Positions 18,798-31,081 are shown, numbered from the stretch's first letter. The stretch is 64,000 nt of DNA from Alcanivoracaceae bacterium (GCA_027324795.1 DAHVSB010000001.1:4264-68263), one strand, 5' to 3'. Translations and numbers: made by a program. The notes: generated by a model from the sequence alone, not told the origin.

Positions 18798-20029
18798 GGC
18801 ACCTGCCCTTCTAAGTAAGTCTCCGCTTCGGCAACCGTGTAAAACGAACCTAATACCACCACGGTGTCGCCTGGCCGAGTGTGTTCATAAGCGAACTTTA
18901 ACGCCTCGTGCACAGAGCCATGGCATGAATGTGCAACACCCTCTGGCAGCGAGTCACTCAAACGTTTAGCAGTTCCACCGCGAGGCACAGACAAATCAGC
19001 CAAATACCAGTGGCTTACTTTATGGGCCTGCGCACTCAGTGTGTCGGTGGATTTATCCGCCAACATAGCACAGACTCCGACGAGCCTTCCTGTGCTTTCA
19101 GGCAAACGCGCAAAAAATCTTTCAATGGCTGCTGGATTATGCCCCACATCCACATACCAATGACGCTCCTGGTGATAAAAATATTGGCTTCTGCCAGGCA
19201 AGGTAACTGCCTCAGCAACCGGTATAATCTGGTTTGTCTCAGGCAAAAAACCAACATGAGCCAAAGCCTGAACTGCCATGGCTAAATTATCTTCACCTAA
19301 CGGGATTTTATTCGTTAGCGGCAGCTGCGAGGTTTCTCCTCCCTGTTGCCACCACAAGCCTTTGCGATCTGCCCCAAATTCAGCGCTCGCCACAGCTAAA
19401 ACAGCGCCAATATTTTGTGCCCAATCCTTGACAGTGACTGGTACAGGCTTCATTCCGTATAATAAAGGCTTGTCAGGGCGAGCTATGCCAGCCTTTTCAG
19501 CTGCGATTTGTGCTAAGTCACTGCCGAGCCAATCTGTATGATCAAGGGATATTGAGGTCACTAGTGCCACGCTTGGATCCACAAGATTTACTGCATCCAA
19601 ACGGCCACCTAGCCCCACCTCTAATACCCACAGGTCTAGCTCCGCTTGCTGAAACAACCAAAAAGCAGCCAGGGTGGTGAATTCAAAAAAAGTGAGTGAA
19701 GTATCGCCACGCGCTGCATCCACAGCTGCAAAAGCATGGCATAAAGATGTGTCGTCAACCAAGGACCCCGCGATACGTACCCGCTCATTAAAGCGCAGAA
19801 TATGGGGCGATGTGTACACCCCCACGCGCGCCCCAGCGGCCGTTGCCAAAGCGTTTAATAGCGCCACAGTGGAACCCTTGCCGTTGGTGCCAGCAACGGT
19901 TATCACAGGGACTCGAGGATTAATGCCGAGACGGTTGGCCACTGCGCGAATACGTGCCAGCCCCATATCTATTTCTGTGGGGTGTAGTGCCAAAATCCTT
20001 TCTAGCCATTGCTCGAGACTAGGGTTCAT
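18794..20029 (-). CDS. folC: bifunctional folylpolyglutamate synthase / dihydrofolate synthase
   Basis: 411 aa, GTNGKGST P-loop, Mur-ligase layout. 4-nt overlap with dedD. Confidence 0.9.
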   Translation of the reverse strand: MNPSLEQWLERILALHPTEIDMGLARIRAVANRLGINPRVPVITVAGTNGKGSTVALLNALATAAGARVGVYTSPHILRFNERVRIAGSLVDDTSLCHAFAAVDAARGDTSLTFFEFTTLAAFWLFQQAELDLWVLEVGLGGRLDAVNLVDPSVALVTSISLDHTDWLGSDLAQIAAEKAGIARPDKPLLYGMKPVPVTVKDWAQNIGAVLAVASAEFGADRKGLWWQQGGETSQLPLTNKIPLGEDNLAMAVQALAHVGFLPETNQIIPVAEAVTLPGRSQYFYHQERHWYVDVGHNPAAIERFFARLPESTGRLVGVCAMLADKSTDTLSAQAHKVSHWYLADLSVPRGGTAKRLSDSLPEGVAHSCHGSVHEALKFAYEHTRPGDTVVVLGSFYTVAEAETYLEGQVP

Positions 20030-20041
20030 TCGCTATCTCTA

Positions 20042-20944
20042 CTATTCAGCCTCATGCTCTAGCAAGGGCTCATCGGGAATTTGTGGCACGCGCAATAGGC
20101 TCGAAAGCAGGCGATGCAAGGTTTCCTTTAGCTCATGGCGATGCACAATCATGTCGATGGCTCCGTGCTCAAGCAAGAATTCGCTGCGCTGGAAGCCCTC
20201 TGGTAACTTCTGACGTACGGTTTGCTCAATCACACGGGGGCCAGCGAAACCAATTAAAGCATTGGGTTCGGCCACGTTAATATCACCCAGCATAGCCAGT
20301 GAGGCGGACACTCCACCATACACAGGGTCTGTTAACACGGAGATAAAAGGTAAACCCGCTTCGCGCATGCGCTGCAAAGCAGCACTGGTTTTAGCCATTT
20401 GCATGAGTGAAAAAAGCGCTTCTTGCATACGCGCGCCACCACTGGCAGAAAAACACACCAGTGGAATGCGCTCTTCTAAGCAAATATTGACGGCTTCAAC
20501 AAAACGAGCTCCCACCACCGATCCCATGGAGCCCCCCATAAAGCTAAATTCAAAGGCCGTTGCCACCAGTGGCAAGCCTTTTAGTTCGCCTTTTATGGCC
20601 ACTAATGCGTCTGTCTCGTTGGTATCTTTTTGAGCTGCATGCAAGCGGTCTTTGTATTTTTTGGAGTCTTTAAACTTTAAACGGTCCACTGGCTTGATGT
20701 TGGCGCCCACTTCCTCCTGTGGTGCTTCATCCAAAAATAACGCTAAACGCTTGCGCGCACTGATACGTAAGTGATGATCACACTTGGGACACACCTCTTG
20801 ATTACGTTCAAGCTCAGGGATAAACAGCGCGTTGCTGCAACGCGGACATTTTCGCCACAAGCCTTCAGGGATTTCATTACGCGGCTCATCCGCTGAAGGC
20901 CTGCGAATGGCAGGCATAATTTTTTCAAGCCAATTATTACTCAT
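20042..20944 (-). CDS. accD: acetyl-CoA carboxylase carboxyltransferase beta subunit
   Basis: MSNNWLEKI start at 20944. Zn-ribbon CPRC...CPKC; GGSMGSVVG and GGARMQE motifs. Confidence 0.95.
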   Translation of the reverse strand: MSNNWLEKIMPAIRRPSADEPRNEIPEGLWRKCPRCSNALFIPELERNQEVCPKCDHHLRISARKRLALFLDEAPQEEVGANIKPVDRLKFKDSKKYKDRLHAAQKDTNETDALVAIKGELKGLPLVATAFEFSFMGGSMGSVVGARFVEAVNICLEERIPLVCFSASGGARMQEALFSLMQMAKTSAALQRMREAGLPFISVLTDPVYGGVSASLAMLGDINVAEPNALIGFAGPRVIEQTVRQKLPEGFQRSEFLLEHGAIDMIVHRHELKETLHRLLSSLLRVPQIPDEPLLEHEAE

Positions 20945-21755
20945 GCTTAATACCTTCATCCATAGCAGCACGCATTTCTGCTAATACGGCTGCTACTTTT
21001 GCTGGAATTTGTTCTGGTTGCTCGAGATTTTCAGCCACGCGGCGCACTAGAGCACTTCCCACAACAACACCATCGGCTGTTGCAGCAATTGCCCTGGCCG
21101 AAGCTGCATCACTAATGCCAAATCCTACACCAATGGGCAGCTGCGCATGCTTACGAATCATTTCTAACTGTTTCGCCACTGCCTCTGTGTCCAAGGTCGC
21201 TGAGCCTGTAACTCCTTTTAAAGACACATAGTAAAGATAACCACTACCGGCCTTTGCAATAAGCGCTGTACGCTCTGGGGTGGTGGTTGGTGCAAGTAAA
21301 AAAATATGCTTGATATTTTTGGCCGCAAACAGCTGCGTGGCCTGACGCGATTCTTCAGGTGGCAAATCCACCAAGAGCACACCATCCACTCCGGCAACGC
21401 TCGCGTTATGAGCAAAGGTTTCGTAGCCCATGGCTTCCACAGGGTTGAGATAACCCATCAGCACCACCGGTGTAGTGTTGTCCTGTTCACGGAATTTTGC
21501 CACTGTATCGAGCACCACTTGGGTGGTGGTGCCTGCTGCCAATGCGCGTTCGCTAGCAAGCTGAATCACAGGGCCATCAGCCATTGGGTCTGAAAAAGGG
21601 ACGCCTAACTCGATAATGTCAGCACCTGCTTCCACCATGGCATGCATTAACTTCAAGGTGATCTCAGGGCTTGGGTCGCCTGCCGTAATAAAAGGAATGA
21701 GTGCTTTTTTGCCAGCCTCAGCTAGCGCTTTGAAACAAGTATCAATACGGTTCAT
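20937..21755 (-). CDS. trpA: tryptophan synthase alpha chain
   Basis: MNRIDTCF start at 21755. [17 protein letters not shown] motif. Confidence 0.95.
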   Translation of the reverse strand: MNRIDTCFKALAEAGKKALIPFITAGDPSPEITLKLMHAMVEAGADIIELGVPFSDPMADGPVIQLASERALAAGTTTQVVLDTVAKFREQDNTTPVVLMGYLNPVEAMGYETFAHNASVAGVDGVLLVDLPPEESRQATQLFAAKNIKHIFLLAPTTTPERTALIAKAGSGYLYYVSLKGVTGSATLDTEAVAKQLEMIRKHAQLPIGVGFGISDAASARAIAATADGVVVGSALVRRVAENLEQPEQIPAKVAAVLAEMRAAMDEGIKHE

Positions 21756-21768
21756 GCCCACTCCCCCG

Positions 21769-22977
21769 TTAAACATCAATGCCGTCAATGGCAGCTACAG
21801 TATGAATATCTTTATCACCACGCCCAGAAAGATTCACAATAATGCTCTGGTCCTTATTCATGGTGGGGGCAAGCTTTTTCACATAAGCAAGCGCATGGGA
21901 GGACTCCAGTGCCGGCATAATTCCTTCCACCAAAGTCAGCTCGCGGAAAGCAGCCAAGGCCTCTTCATCGGTTATAGCATCATACTTCACACGCCCTATC
22001 TCCTTAAGCCAGGCGTGCTCAGGCCCGACGCCAGGATAATCCAGGCCCGCAGAAATAGAGTGCGTAGGAATAATTTGCCCGTCTTCATCCTCAATAAGAT
22101 AGGTGCAGTTTCCATGCAATACACCAGTGCGTCCAGCGCTTAGAGCCGCTGCGTGTTTACCTGTATCCACCCCTTTACCACCGGCCTCAATACCATAAAT
22201 GGCGACATCATCCTCCAAGAAAGGGTGGAACAAACCAATAGCGTTGGAGCCACCTCCCACACAAGCCACCAAGGCATCCGGCAACTTACCCGTTTGTGCC
22301 AAAATTTGTTCCCGCGCTTCGCGACCGATAATGCTCTGGAAGTCACGTACCAACAAGGGGTAAGGATGCGGGCCAGCCACAGTACCTATAATGTAGAAAG
22401 TGTCATCCACGTTGGTCACCCAATCGCGCATCGCTTCGTTCATAGCATCTTTTAACGTGGCAGAACCTGAGTGCACTGGAATGACTTCTGCGCCAAGCAG
22501 CTTCATGCGATATACGTTAATTTTCTGGCGTTCTACGTCCTCTGCTCCCATGTACACCTGGCATTTTAATCCTAGGCGGGCAGCCACTGTGGCGGTGGCT
22601 ACACCATGCTGACCAGCGCCTGTTTCTGCAATAACGCGAGGCTTACCTGTGTGCTTGGCCAACAAAGCTTGGCCAATAGTGTTATTCACTTTGTGAGCAC
22701 CCGTGTGGTTTAAATCTTCTCGCTTCAAATAAATCTGTGCGCCACCGAGCTCATTCGACCAACGCTGAGCATGGTATAAAGGCGTGGGGCGACCAACATA
22801 CTGAGCCAAATCATGGAAGAACTCCTCTTGAAAAGCTTTGTCATTGCGGAACCGCATATAAACTTGCTCTAGCTCTTGCAAGGCAGCCATTAATGTTTCT
22901 GATACAAAGCGCCCACCAAACTGCTCAAAATGTCCGCCTGTGTCAGGATATTGAGAAAAAACAATGTCTTTAGACAC
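21769..22977 (-). CDS. trpB: tryptophan synthase beta chain
   Basis: 402 aa. [14 protein letters not shown]-Lys motif, GGGSNAIG. Confidence 0.97.
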   Translation of the reverse strand: MSKDIVFSQYPDTGGHFEQFGGRFVSETLMAALQELEQVYMRFRNDKAFQEEFFHDLAQYVGRPTPLYHAQRWSNELGGAQIYLKREDLNHTGAHKVNNTIGQALLAKHTGKPRVIAETGAGQHGVATATVAARLGLKCQVYMGAEDVERQKINVYRMKLLGAEVIPVHSGSATLKDAMNEAMRDWVTNVDDTFYIIGTVAGPHPYPLLVRDFQSIIGREAREQILAQTGKLPDALVACVGGGSNAIGLFHPFLEDDVAIYGIEAGGKGVDTGKHAAALSAGRTGVLHGNCTYLIEDEDGQIIPTHSISAGLDYPGVGPEHAWLKEIGRVKYDAITDEEALAAFRELTLVEGIMPALESSHALAYVKKLAPTMNKDQSIIVNLSGRGDKDIHTVAAIDGIDV

Positions 22978-23632
22978 CCGTAGCTCCTATATAGGTTTGC
23001 GACACAAGCTCTTGTATCGCCTGATGATTTTTTACGCCCGGCTGTATTTCTACGCCGCTGCTAAGGTCTATCGCCCAAGGATTGGTTCGAGTAATGGCCG
23101 TATTAACATTCTGCGGGTTTAGGCCGCCAGCTAATATATAAGGAATATCCTGTGTTTGAGGAAAACGCTCCCAGTCAAATGCCTTGCCCGTGCCACCGCG
23201 AACCCCTTCCACATACGCATCTAGCAAGATACCTTGAGCGCCTGCCTTCATATAGTCATAGGCCGCCTGCTCTACTTCAAGGCTCTGATGCATGGCAAGT
23301 GCTTTAATCCATGGCTTAGGGCTATTTTCAGCGCAAAATACTGGAGTTTCATCGCCATGAAATTGAATCACATCCAACTCAACTTGGGCGCAAATGTTGT
23401 GCAGCTCCGCTGGGCTTGCGTTTACCACTAACCCCACTATCGTTATAAAAGGCGGTAGAGCTGAAACAATATCTTGGGCTTGCTTAATCAATACATTTCT
23501 TGGGCTAGGCGCATAAAATACAAGACCTATGGCATCTACTCCTGCCTGAGCACAGGCCAAAGCATCTTCAACTCGTGTGATGCCACATACCTTAACTCGT
23601 GTTCTAGTGCGCACTGTATACACCCATTTCAA
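22970..23632 (-). CDS. trpF: N-(5'-phosphoribosyl)anthranilate isomerase
   Basis: VKVCGIT N-terminal motif and (beta/alpha)8 layout. The stop overlaps the trpB start. Start uncertain: TTG 23632 or GTG 23623/23614. Confidence 0.85.
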   Translation of the reverse strand: MKWVYTVRTRTRVKVCGITRVEDALACAQAGVDAIGLVFYAPSPRNVLIKQAQDIVSALPPFITIVGLVVNASPAELHNICAQVELDVIQFHGDETPVFCAENSPKPWIKALAMHQSLEVEQAAYDYMKAGAQGILLDAYVEGVRGGTGKAFDWERFPQTQDIPYILAGGLNPQNVNTAITRTNPWAIDLSSGVEIQPGVKNHQAIQELVSQTYIGATGV

Positions 23633-23689
23633 TTAAAACATGGCGCATAATAACAAAATTGGCTGTTAAGAGTTAGCTTCTTTCCTGCT

Positions 23690-24481
23690 TTAACAAAACA
23701 TCTCCAAATTCCACTGTGGGGCTTGTGGTAACCCAAAGAGAGGATCGTATTCCACCGCAGCCATATATAGCCCTTGGGGCGGCATGGCAACACCACGGTG
23801 GCGCCTATCTCGGCGTTGTAACACTTGCCGAGCCCACTCGGGTGGATACTCCTTTTTACCCACAGCAAGGAGCACCCCCACTAAGTTACGCACCATATGC
23901 ATAAGGAAACCGTCCGCTTGAGCCTCAAAAACAAACAGATTACCTGTTTGTTCAACTGATAATCGCTCTAAGGTTTTAACAGGGCTATGCGCTTGGCAAT
24001 CTGCTGCGCGGAAGGCACTAAAGTCATGGCGGCCGAACAGATACGTTGCCGCTTGTTGCATAGGTGCCAGTGCTAAATCGCCATACACCCAAGCGGCTCT
24101 ATTCATTAATAAAGCAGGGCTAACCACACCGCAAGATAAGAAATAGCGATAAGTACGTCGCTGAGCAGAGAAACGCGCGTGAAAACTTTGGCTCACAGGG
24201 TGCACCCAACTAACACTCACATCATCTGGAACCAATGCGTTGATGCCGCGGAGCCAATTATAGGGATCACGTACGGCGTTAGTATCAAAATGTGCTACTT
24301 GCTCGAAAGCATGGACACCTTTATCAGTGCGTCCTGCAGCGACCAGCTCCACAGGCTCATTTGCCACTTGGCTCACAGCTGCTTCTAAAACAGCTTGCAC
24401 TGTGGGTATCTTGTTGTTCTGGCGCTGCCAACCATGATAGGCGGTGCCGAGATATTGTATACCTATCGCATAGCGCTGCAC
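23690..24481 (-). CDS. truA: tRNA pseudouridine(38-40) synthase
   Basis: GRTDKGVHA catalytic-Asp motif. The GTG at 24481 has AAGGA 8 nt upstream and gives an E. coli-like N-terminus. The track start is 24511. Confidence 0.9.
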   Translation of the reverse strand: MQRYAIGIQYLGTAYHGWQRQNNKIPTVQAVLEAAVSQVANEPVELVAAGRTDKGVHAFEQVAHFDTNAVRDPYNWLRGINALVPDDVSVSWVHPVSQSFHARFSAQRRTYRYFLSCGVVSPALLMNRAAWVYGDLALAPMQQAATYLFGRHDFSAFRAADCQAHSPVKTLERLSVEQTGNLFVFEAQADGFLMHMVRNLVGVLLAVGKKEYPPEWARQVLQRRDRRHRGVAMPPQGLYMAAVEYDPLFGLPQAPQWNLEMFC

Positions 24482-24508
24482 TTTATATCCTTTAAGGTAA
24501 ATATATTG

Positions 24509-24545
24509 CAAAAAAAGAAGGCGAAGCCGTTAGGATTCGCCTTCT
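24509..24545 (-). terminator. rho-independent terminator downstream of fimV
   Basis: Minus strand: agaaggcgaa / loop / ttcgccttct, followed by TTTTTT. Confidence 0.7.
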
Positions 24546-24562
24546 TTTACGCAATGTAATGT

Positions 24563-27500
24563 TTATGACTCTAGTTCATCTAACATTGCTTGAGCAGTGG
24601 ATTTCTGCTCCTCGTTACCTTCAGCAATGACTTCCATCAAGGTTTCTCGAGCAATATCCTCGTCACCCATATCTAAGAAGGCACGCGCTAAATTTAACCG
24701 CGTGTCCACAGGATCACCTTCTGCTTCTGGATCAAGGAATTCTTGCTCAGCTTGTGCTGCAGGCTCAGCGATGAGAGCCTCTGGCTCCGTTAACGCATCA
24801 TTTGCTTGAGGCTGAGAGGCACCTTGGTTAAGTTGCTCTAGCTCTTTTTCGAGCTCAGAGGATAGGTCTACTTCGTCTAGCGGCTCATCAAAGCTTTCAA
24901 GCTCTGCTAGTAGTGAGTCCACTTGATCATCGCCGGAAGCAACATCCGCCTCCACTTCTTCGCGATTCGCCTCAAGGGAAATACCAGACGCTTCATGCTG
25001 CTCAACTGAAGGTTCCTGAGGCACTTCGTCCTCAACAGTTAGCGCAGACAGGTCGAAGTCACCCTCCTCCACCAACTCTTCCTCTAACGCAGCGCCTTCA
25101 AAGCTGAAAAACTCCTCTTCAGACTCCAGCAACGGCTCCTCGCCCTCGCCTGAAAGCTCGCTTAAATCCAGCTCCTCATGCTTGCTGGAATCCTCAACCG
25201 CATCTTCTTCTAAAGATTCCGGCATGTCTTCTAAGGACAATCCATCTAAAGAAAACTCTTCTTCATCCAACGCTAGTGTTGGCAGCTCTTCGTCTTCGGC
25301 AACTGCTGTTGCTTCATCATCAGCGAGAGATTCTTCCGAAGCAGGAGCATCTATTTCGGCACTCAGGTCAACATCAGAATCTAACTCAAAAGCATCTAGT
25401 TCTGTCTCGCCATCTATTTCGAAAGAAAAATCATCGCTGCTATCAATGTTCTCTATAGATTCTGTTTCGCTTTTCTCATCAAAAGAGAAATCAAAATCAT
25501 CGAGAAGACTTTCTTCTTCGCCTGTTGCATCCTCTGCTAGAGGCTCATCCACATCAAAGCTGAAGTCTTCATCACTGATGGTTTCGCCAAAATCAAAATC
25601 TAGCTCATCTTCTTCATGCTCCTGAGCATCTTCCATCGCTAAGGTAGTAGTAGCACCTGTAAGCTTCAAATCATCTTCAAGATCATCTAGCGATAAGTCA
25701 TCGTCTGTAGAGTCATAGCTGCCATCAACCTCCAGCTCAGCAATATAAGCATCCACATCGTCACTAGTACCACGTACAGCGATCACTTCTTGCTGGTAAG
25801 CTGCTCCATTTGTTTTATGCAGAGCAAACAATAAGTTTTTCCTTAGCTCGGTACGGCTAGGATCTTGGTTAATAGCATCACGCAACACAGGCACAGCTGC
25901 CTCGTATTGCTCGTTCTCTAGCAGGTTTTGTGCCTCCGCAGCTAGCTCATCTACGCTTGGCTCATCAGCATCGCCAAAATGGAAGGGATCTGCAAAATCA
26001 TCATCTTCTTCGCTGCCATCCTCCACTACCACCAACGCTTCCTGTTGATCTTTGCGCCCTTTAAAGATGCGCACGCCCACTAGAAGTAACGCCAACACCA
26101 ATAGTGCGAGCAGCCCGAACACAAGCATTGTGTTTTCCATGAGCATGCCAAAGAAGCTAGGCTCTTCATAAGGCTCTGGTGCCACTGGCGGTGCCACCGG
26201 CTTAGGCTCGTCAGGTTTTTCTTCTTGCTGTGCCGCAGTTTCTTTTGCTTCGGCATCAGCAACACTTATTTCTTTAGCTGTGTCGCTGTCGCTAGATGGT
26301 TCCGCTTCCTCGCTAACGGCTTCTCCTTCTTCCGCTGCATCCACATCCCGAGCTTCAATGATCTCTGTCGCACCGGCTTCAACACCCTCTGCTGCGTCGC
26401 TTGCATCCGCATCCACCAATGTAACAGGAGCGGGCTCAGCATCCTCAAGGGCTTTTTGTTCCTGCTCTAGTTTTTCCACCGCTGCTAAAAACTCGTCATC
26501 CAACTGGTCCGCAGCGGCCTCATTCAGCTCGCGTAACTTTTGTTCTAGCTCTGCAATTTGCTTACTCCGTAAAGTAAGCAATTGCTCTGAAAGGTTTAAT
26601 TGTTCCTCTAAATCCTGTAAACGTTCTGCCAATTCTGAGTTTTGGCGTTGCAAGCGAGAAACATCCTCACCCATCGCAACATCATCACTACCGGCAGCGC
26701 TTTTCTCACTAGCTTCGCTAGAGCTGTCTTCCGCAGCAACCAAAGTAACGCGGCCAGTATCAGCTGTTCCCTCGCCGGGCCGCGGTTCTACTTCACTATC
26801 CGCAATATCTTTTCCATCCAAGGGCTTAGCAGTGGCGGCGGCTGTTAAGCCTCGGCTTTCAAGTAGTTGCTGCCACTGGCGATTCTGCACTGCGACCTCA
26901 GCCATGGCATCTCGCGTAGTCACATTACGGACATCATCTGCGTTAGGTAAGCGTAGTACCGCGCCTTCTTTCACCAAGTTGATATTGCCGTTAATAAAGG
27001 CATCGGGGTTTAGCTCTTGAATTGCCACCATCATTTGTTGGACAGAAATGCTGCTGTCAGGACGGTTTTTGGCTGCAATATCCCACAATGTATCTGAAGA
27101 AGACACCCTGTGCTCTTGGCCAGAGGCCCGCATGGAAGGTTGAGCACTGGTACGTGATGGAGGCGTTGATACTGGGGGCTTTTGTGCTCTTGATGCTGTC
27201 GGCTTAGATTCTGCTACAGGCTTAGCCGCCGTTACTTTTGGAGGCTCGCTAGAGCGGTAAGACGGTGGGTCAAGGAGCAAGTTATACTCTCGCATTAAGC
27301 GGCCCGATGGCCACTTATATTCCACCAGGAAGCTAATAAAAGGTTCACTCAAAGGCTGCTTGGTGGTAACCCTTACCACGCCTGTGCCATCTGCGGCAAC
27401 GTCAACATCGAAATTGATACTGTTATGTAGCATATCAAATTCGATGCCAGCCGCCTCAAATTCTTCTGGGGTTGCTAGGCTGATGCGAATATCGTTTTCA

Positions 27501-27652
27501 TTAAGGCCCTTCAGGTCTGCTAATTTTATTTGCAGATCTAGCGGTTGGCTCAAATAAGAGTTGAGCGTGTAGTCCTCAACACTTAACGCCGACACCGCGC
27601 TCGGAACAATAATTGCCAACGAGGCAACACCACAACCCAGTTTTCGCAACAT
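24563..27652 (-). CDS. fimV: FimV/HubP-type peptidoglycan-binding polar scaffold protein
   Basis: MLRKLGCGVASLAII signal at 27652. LysM domain (HRVSSSDTLWDIAA...LRLP), one TM (MLVFGLLALLVLALLLVGV), a very acidic repeat-rich region and the conserved C-terminal FimV motif (RLNLARAFLDMGD). asd-fimV-truA synteny. Confidence 0.9.
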   Translation of the reverse strand: MLRKLGCGVASLAIIVPSAVSALSVEDYTLNSYLSQPLDLQIKLADLKGLNENDIRISLATPEEFEAAGIEFDMLHNSINFDVDVAADGTGVVRVTTKQPLSEPFISFLVEYKWPSGRLMREYNLLLDPPSYRSSEPPKVTAAKPVAESKPTASRAQKPPVSTPPSRTSAQPSMRASGQEHRVSSSDTLWDIAAKNRPDSSISVQQMMVAIQELNPDAFINGNINLVKEGAVLRLPNADDVRNVTTRDAMAEVAVQNRQWQQLLESRGLTAAATAKPLDGKDIADSEVEPRPGEGTADTGRVTLVAAEDSSSEASEKSAAGSDDVAMGEDVSRLQRQNSELAERLQDLEEQLNLSEQLLTLRSKQIAELEQKLRELNEAAADQLDDEFLAAVEKLEQEQKALEDAEPAPVTLVDADASDAAEGVEAGATEIIEARDVDAAEEGEAVSEEAEPSSDSDTAKEISVADAEAKETAAQQEEKPDEPKPVAPPVAPEPYEEPSFFGMLMENTMLVFGLLALLVLALLLVGVRIFKGRKDQQEALVVVEDGSEEDDDFADPFHFGDADEPSVDELAAEAQNLLENEQYEAAVPVLRDAINQDPSRTELRKNLLFALHKTNGAAYQQEVIAVRGTSDDVDAYIAELEVDGSYDSTDDDLSLDDLEDDLKLTGATTTLAMEDAQEHEEDELDFDFGETISDEDFSFDVDEPLAEDATGEEESLLDDFDFSFDEKSETESIENIDSSDDFSFEIDGETELDAFELDSDVDLSAEIDAPASEESLADDEATAVAEDEELPTLALDEEEFSLDGLSLEDMPESLEEDAVEDSSKHEELDLSELSGEGEEPLLESEEEFFSFEGAALEEELVEEGDFDLSALTVEDEVPQEPSVEQHEASGISLEANREEVEADVASGDDQVDSLLAELESFDEPLDEVDLSSELEKELEQLNQGASQPQANDALTEPEALIAEPAAQAEQEFLDPEAEGDPVDTRLNLARAFLDMGDEDIARETLMEVIAEGNEEQKSTAQAMLDELES

Positions 27653-27821
27653 GCTCAAACCCTTATTTTTATATTGACTGTCTGTAAGAATATTCTCTTG
27701 GTTACCCTTCACTATGTGCCCCAGCAACAAAAGTAGTAGAACTCAGCTAGCTAATTATGCCGACTATTGAGAGAAGATACCTAGAAACTAGGTCACATAA
27801 CAACCGTAAACATTGCTTTTA

Positions 27822-28811
27822 TTAGCTTTTAAGCCAGTTTTGTGCAATTTGTAGCATATTTATCGCTACCCCCGCCCTCAAGCTATCACTAATCAAGGTC
27901 AAATTTAGACCATTTTTTGCCGACATGTCTGCCCGAATGCGACTCACCCCGATGTCATTTGAGCCCACTGCATTGGTCAAAGCGGTGGCGTTGCCATCAT
28001 GCTTTAGCACTATGCCAGCATTATTTAATATTTCTTCCGCTGCTTCCACCGCAAGATACTGCATTGTGGATAGGTGCAAGGTAATGGTTTGGCCATAAAA
28101 CACTGGCACCTGTAAAGAAGATACATTGATATCCAAATGGCCCAAGCCTAATAGCCGCAGTGTTTCAAGCGCCGTTAGCAACTCAAAGCGCGTATGACCA
28201 CTGGCTTCAGCTTGCCCCACCTGGCTTTGAACATTAAAGGCTAGCTTTTGCTCAGCGTTGTTTTCTTGTCCACTTAGCAACTTCACTGCTTGCTGAGCAA
28301 GAGCATTAACACCCTCATGACCAAAATAGCTTGCAGGTTCGCAAACGGTGGCATTAACACTAATAAGTTGTGCCGCATCGTGAAGGGGCTTTAGCACTTT
28401 CGCCATGGCAAGAGCTGCTGAGGTGGGTACAGATACCAACATGCTCCCACTCTCTTCCACCACATCAAGGTTTACCCCAGCCACAGCAAGAGGCACATTG
28501 GTGTCGGCAGCAAAAGCAGCACTTGCATCAAGCACTCGCACCCCTGCCTCAACAGCTTTAGATGCATAGGCAGTTGCAACCTCTGCGGGCACCGCAAAAA
28601 AAGCAACATCCACCTGCTCGAAATCAAATTGCTCGAGCAGCTCCACTCGCCGATGCTTTTCAAGCACCTCCAAGCGCTCACCCGCTGAATTTAAGGAAGC
28701 AAGCAGATAAACTTCGGAAGCGGCAAGGCGCCCTTCGTTGATTAGCTCAATCAAACTTGAACCCACCAGCCCTGTGGCGCCGACAATGGCAATCCGTGGT
28801 TTAACGTCCAT
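27822..28811 (-). CDS. aspartate-semialdehyde dehydrogenase-like protein (USG-1 type paralog)
   Basis: [17 protein letters not shown] start at 28811. It shares one base with the asd stop (TAATG). Same position as the asd-like gene next to asd in Pseudomonas. Confidence 0.8.
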   Translation of the reverse strand: MDVKPRIAIVGATGLVGSSLIELINEGRLAASEVYLLASLNSAGERLEVLEKHRRVELLEQFDFEQVDVAFFAVPAEVATAYASKAVEAGVRVLDASAAFAADTNVPLAVAGVNLDVVEESGSMLVSVPTSAALAMAKVLKPLHDAAQLISVNATVCEPASYFGHEGVNALAQQAVKLLSGQENNAEQKLAFNVQSQVGQAEASGHTRFELLTALETLRLLGLGHLDINVSSLQVPVFYGQTITLHLSTMQYLAVEAAEEILNNAGIVLKHDGNATALTNAVGSNDIGVSRIRADMSAKNGLNLTLISDSLRAGVAINMLQIAQNWLKS

Positions 28812-29923
28812 TAAGACTCCAACAAAATACGCAGCATACGGCGCACAGGTTCGGCCGCACCCCACAGTAGCTGATCACCCACGGTAAAAGCATTAAGGTA
28901 CTCAGGCCCCATGGAAAGTTTACGCAAGCGCCCCACAGGGATAGTCAAGGTACCAGTTACCGCGGTGGGAGTAAGCTCGCTCATGGTGGCTTCACGCTCA
29001 TTAGGCACAACCTTCACCCAATCATTAGCTGATGCGATCATGTCTTCAATCTCATCCAGCGGCACATCTTTTTTCAGTTTGAGCAACAACGCTTGGCTGT
29101 GGGAGCGCATAGCGCCAATACGCACACAGGTACCATCTAATGGGATAGGGTTCGCTTCGCGGCCCAATAATTTATTAGACTCAGCCTGCGCCTTCCATTC
29201 TTCACGGCTTTGGCCGCTTTCGAGCTGGGTGTCAATCCACGGCAGCAAGCTACCCGCAAGGGCATGGCCAAAGTTATCTTTGGGCAAAGTATCGCTGCGC
29301 ATGGTATCTGCTACTACGCGGTCAATATCTAAAATAGCGCTAGCAGGATCATCGAGCAGGCTTTGAGCATCAGCATGAATTTTGCCCATTTGTGCAATCA
29401 ATTCACGCATATTTTGTGCGCCTGCACCTGATGCTGCTTGGTAAGTCTGAGCACTACCCCACTCCACCAAGTCTTGATTAAACAAACCGCCCAAGCCCAT
29501 CAGCATTAAGCTCACGGTGCAGTTGCCGCCGACAAAGTCTTTTACGCCATCTTTTAAGGCTTGATCAATCACTTTGCGGTTAACTGGGTCAAGCACAATA
29601 ACCGAGCTTTTTTCCATGCGCAGAGCAGAAGCAGCATCAATCCAGTAGCCTTTCCAGCCCGCTTTGCGCAACTCAGGATAAACCGCCTTGGTGTAGTCAC
29701 CACCTTGGCACGTAACAACCACATCTAAGGTTTTAAGAGTTTCGATATCGTCAGCTTTTTGTAAAACTGGCACATCCTTGCCCACATCGGGTGCTTTTTG
29801 GCCCGCCTGTGAGGTAGTGAAGAAAATAGGCTCAATGTCGGTGAAATCTGACTCTTGACGCATTCGGTCCATTAACACAGAGCCAACCATGCCTCTCCAA
29901 CCTACAAATCCAACTCTTTTCAC
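28811..29923 (-). CDS. asd: aspartate-semialdehyde dehydrogenase
   Basis: GTG at 29923 (AGGAG 8 nt upstream) gives [18 protein letters not shown], matching the E. coli Asd N-terminus. GGNCTVS active-site Cys. Confidence 0.95.
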   Translation of the reverse strand: MKRVGFVGWRGMVGSVLMDRMRQESDFTDIEPIFFTTSQAGQKAPDVGKDVPVLQKADDIETLKTLDVVVTCQGGDYTKAVYPELRKAGWKGYWIDAASALRMEKSSVIVLDPVNRKVIDQALKDGVKDFVGGNCTVSLMLMGLGGLFNQDLVEWGSAQTYQAASGAGAQNMRELIAQMGKIHADAQSLLDDPASAILDIDRVVADTMRSDTLPKDNFGHALAGSLLPWIDTQLESGQSREEWKAQAESNKLLGREANPIPLDGTCVRIGAMRSHSQALLLKLKKDVPLDEIEDMIASANDWVKVVPNEREATMSELTPTAVTGTLTIPVGRLRKLSMGPEYLNAFTVGDQLLWGAAEPVRRMLRILLES

Positions 29924-29995
29924 CTGTAATCTCCTAGTTTTAGGATGAATGTTGGGCAGCTTGTGGCCGCCCATTCGCAATGTATTAAACCAATG

Positions 29996-31081
29996 TTACT
30001 TTGCTAACAGTGCTTTGACCACCGCATCGCCCATGGCATCACAGCCCACCTTGGTGGTGCCTTCTGTATAAATATCGCCAGTGCGCAAACCTTGTTCTAG
30101 CACGCTTTCCACTGCGTCTTCGATGGCTTGCGCAACATCTGCGCGCTCGAAGCTATAGCGCATTAACATGGCCAAAGATAAAATTGCCGCTAATGGGTTA
30201 GCAAGGTTTTGGCCCGCAATATCTGGCGCTGAACCGTGACAAGGCTCGTATAACCCTTTGCGATTCACATCTAAAGAAGCAGAAGGCAACATACCAATAG
30301 AACCAGTTAACATGGCGGCTTCATCAGACAAGATATCACCAAATAAGTTGCCTGTTACCACCACATCAAACTGCTTAGGCGCGCGCACTAATTGCATAGC
30401 GGCATTATCCACATACATATGTGATACTTCTACTTCTGGGTAGTCTTTAGCAACATCATTTACCACCTCTTTCCAAAGCTCGGTCACTTCAAGCACGTTG
30501 GCTTTATCCACGGAACACAGCTTTTTGCCACGCGTTTGCGCCAACTCGAACGCCACTTTGGCAATACGGCGGATTTCGCTTTCACTGTAGACCATGGTGT
30601 TAAAGCCCACACGCTCACCATTTTCTTCACGCAAGCCGCGCGGCTCGCCAAAGTAGATGCCGCCCGTTAGCTCACGCACAATGAGAATATCCAAACCGCT
30701 TACAATCTCAGGCTTCAAGCTTGAAGCACTGGCCAACTGCGGGAACAAAATCGCAGGACGCAAATTCGCAAACAAACCCAACGAAGAACGCAATTTGAGC
30801 AGGCCGCGCTCTGGGCGCTTAGAACGCTCTATGGTATCCCACTTAGGGCCACCAATAGCACCAAATAAAATGGCATCTGCTGCCTTGGCTTTGGCCAAGG
30901 TTTCTTCTGGCAAGGGCTCACCAGTGGCATCGTAGGCTGCACCACCCACAAGCGCAGTGTCTGTGGTGATATCCAAATCAAATCGCTCAATGGCAGCGTT
31001 TAATACTTTTTCTGCCTCAGTAGTAATCTCGGGACCAATGCCATCACCGGGTAACAATAAAATCTGTTGGCTCACAGCCAT
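29996..31081 (-). CDS. leuB: 3-isopropylmalate dehydrogenase
   Basis: 361 aa. [26 protein letters not shown] signature. Confidence 0.97.
   Translation of the reverse strand: MAVSQQILLLPGDGIGPEITTEAEKVLNAAIERFDLDITTDTALVGGAAYDATGEPLPEETLAKAKAADAILFGAIGGPKWDTIERSKRPERGLLKLRSSLGLFANLRPAILFPQLASASSLKPEIVSGLDILIVRELTGGIYFGEPRGLREENGERVGFNTMVYSESEIRRIAKVAFELAQTRGKKLCSVDKANVLEVTELWKEVVNDVAKDYPEVEVSHMYVDNAAMQLVRAPKQFDVVVTGNLFGDILSDEAAMLTGSIGMLPSASLDVNRKGLYEPCHGSAPDIAGQNLANPLAAILSLAMLMRYSFERADVAQAIEDAVESVLEQGLRTGDIYTEGTTKVGCDAMGDAVVKALLAK

Noticed and set aside
19674-20213. 179-aa plus-strand ORF spanning the folC/accD junction; similarly 21616-22143 spanning trpA/trpB.
   Set aside because: Both cross the boundary of two well-supported minus-strand genes and have no recognisable motifs. 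Such shadow ORFs are typical.
25182-27020. Long Ser-rich ORFs on the plus strand (25182-25625, 26280-27020 and smaller ones) antisense to fimV.
   Set aside because: They are the reverse-complement reading of the Glu/Asp-rich GAA/GAG/GAT repeats of fimV. They are low-complexity Ser/Leu/Phe strings with no start context, so they are compositional artefacts.
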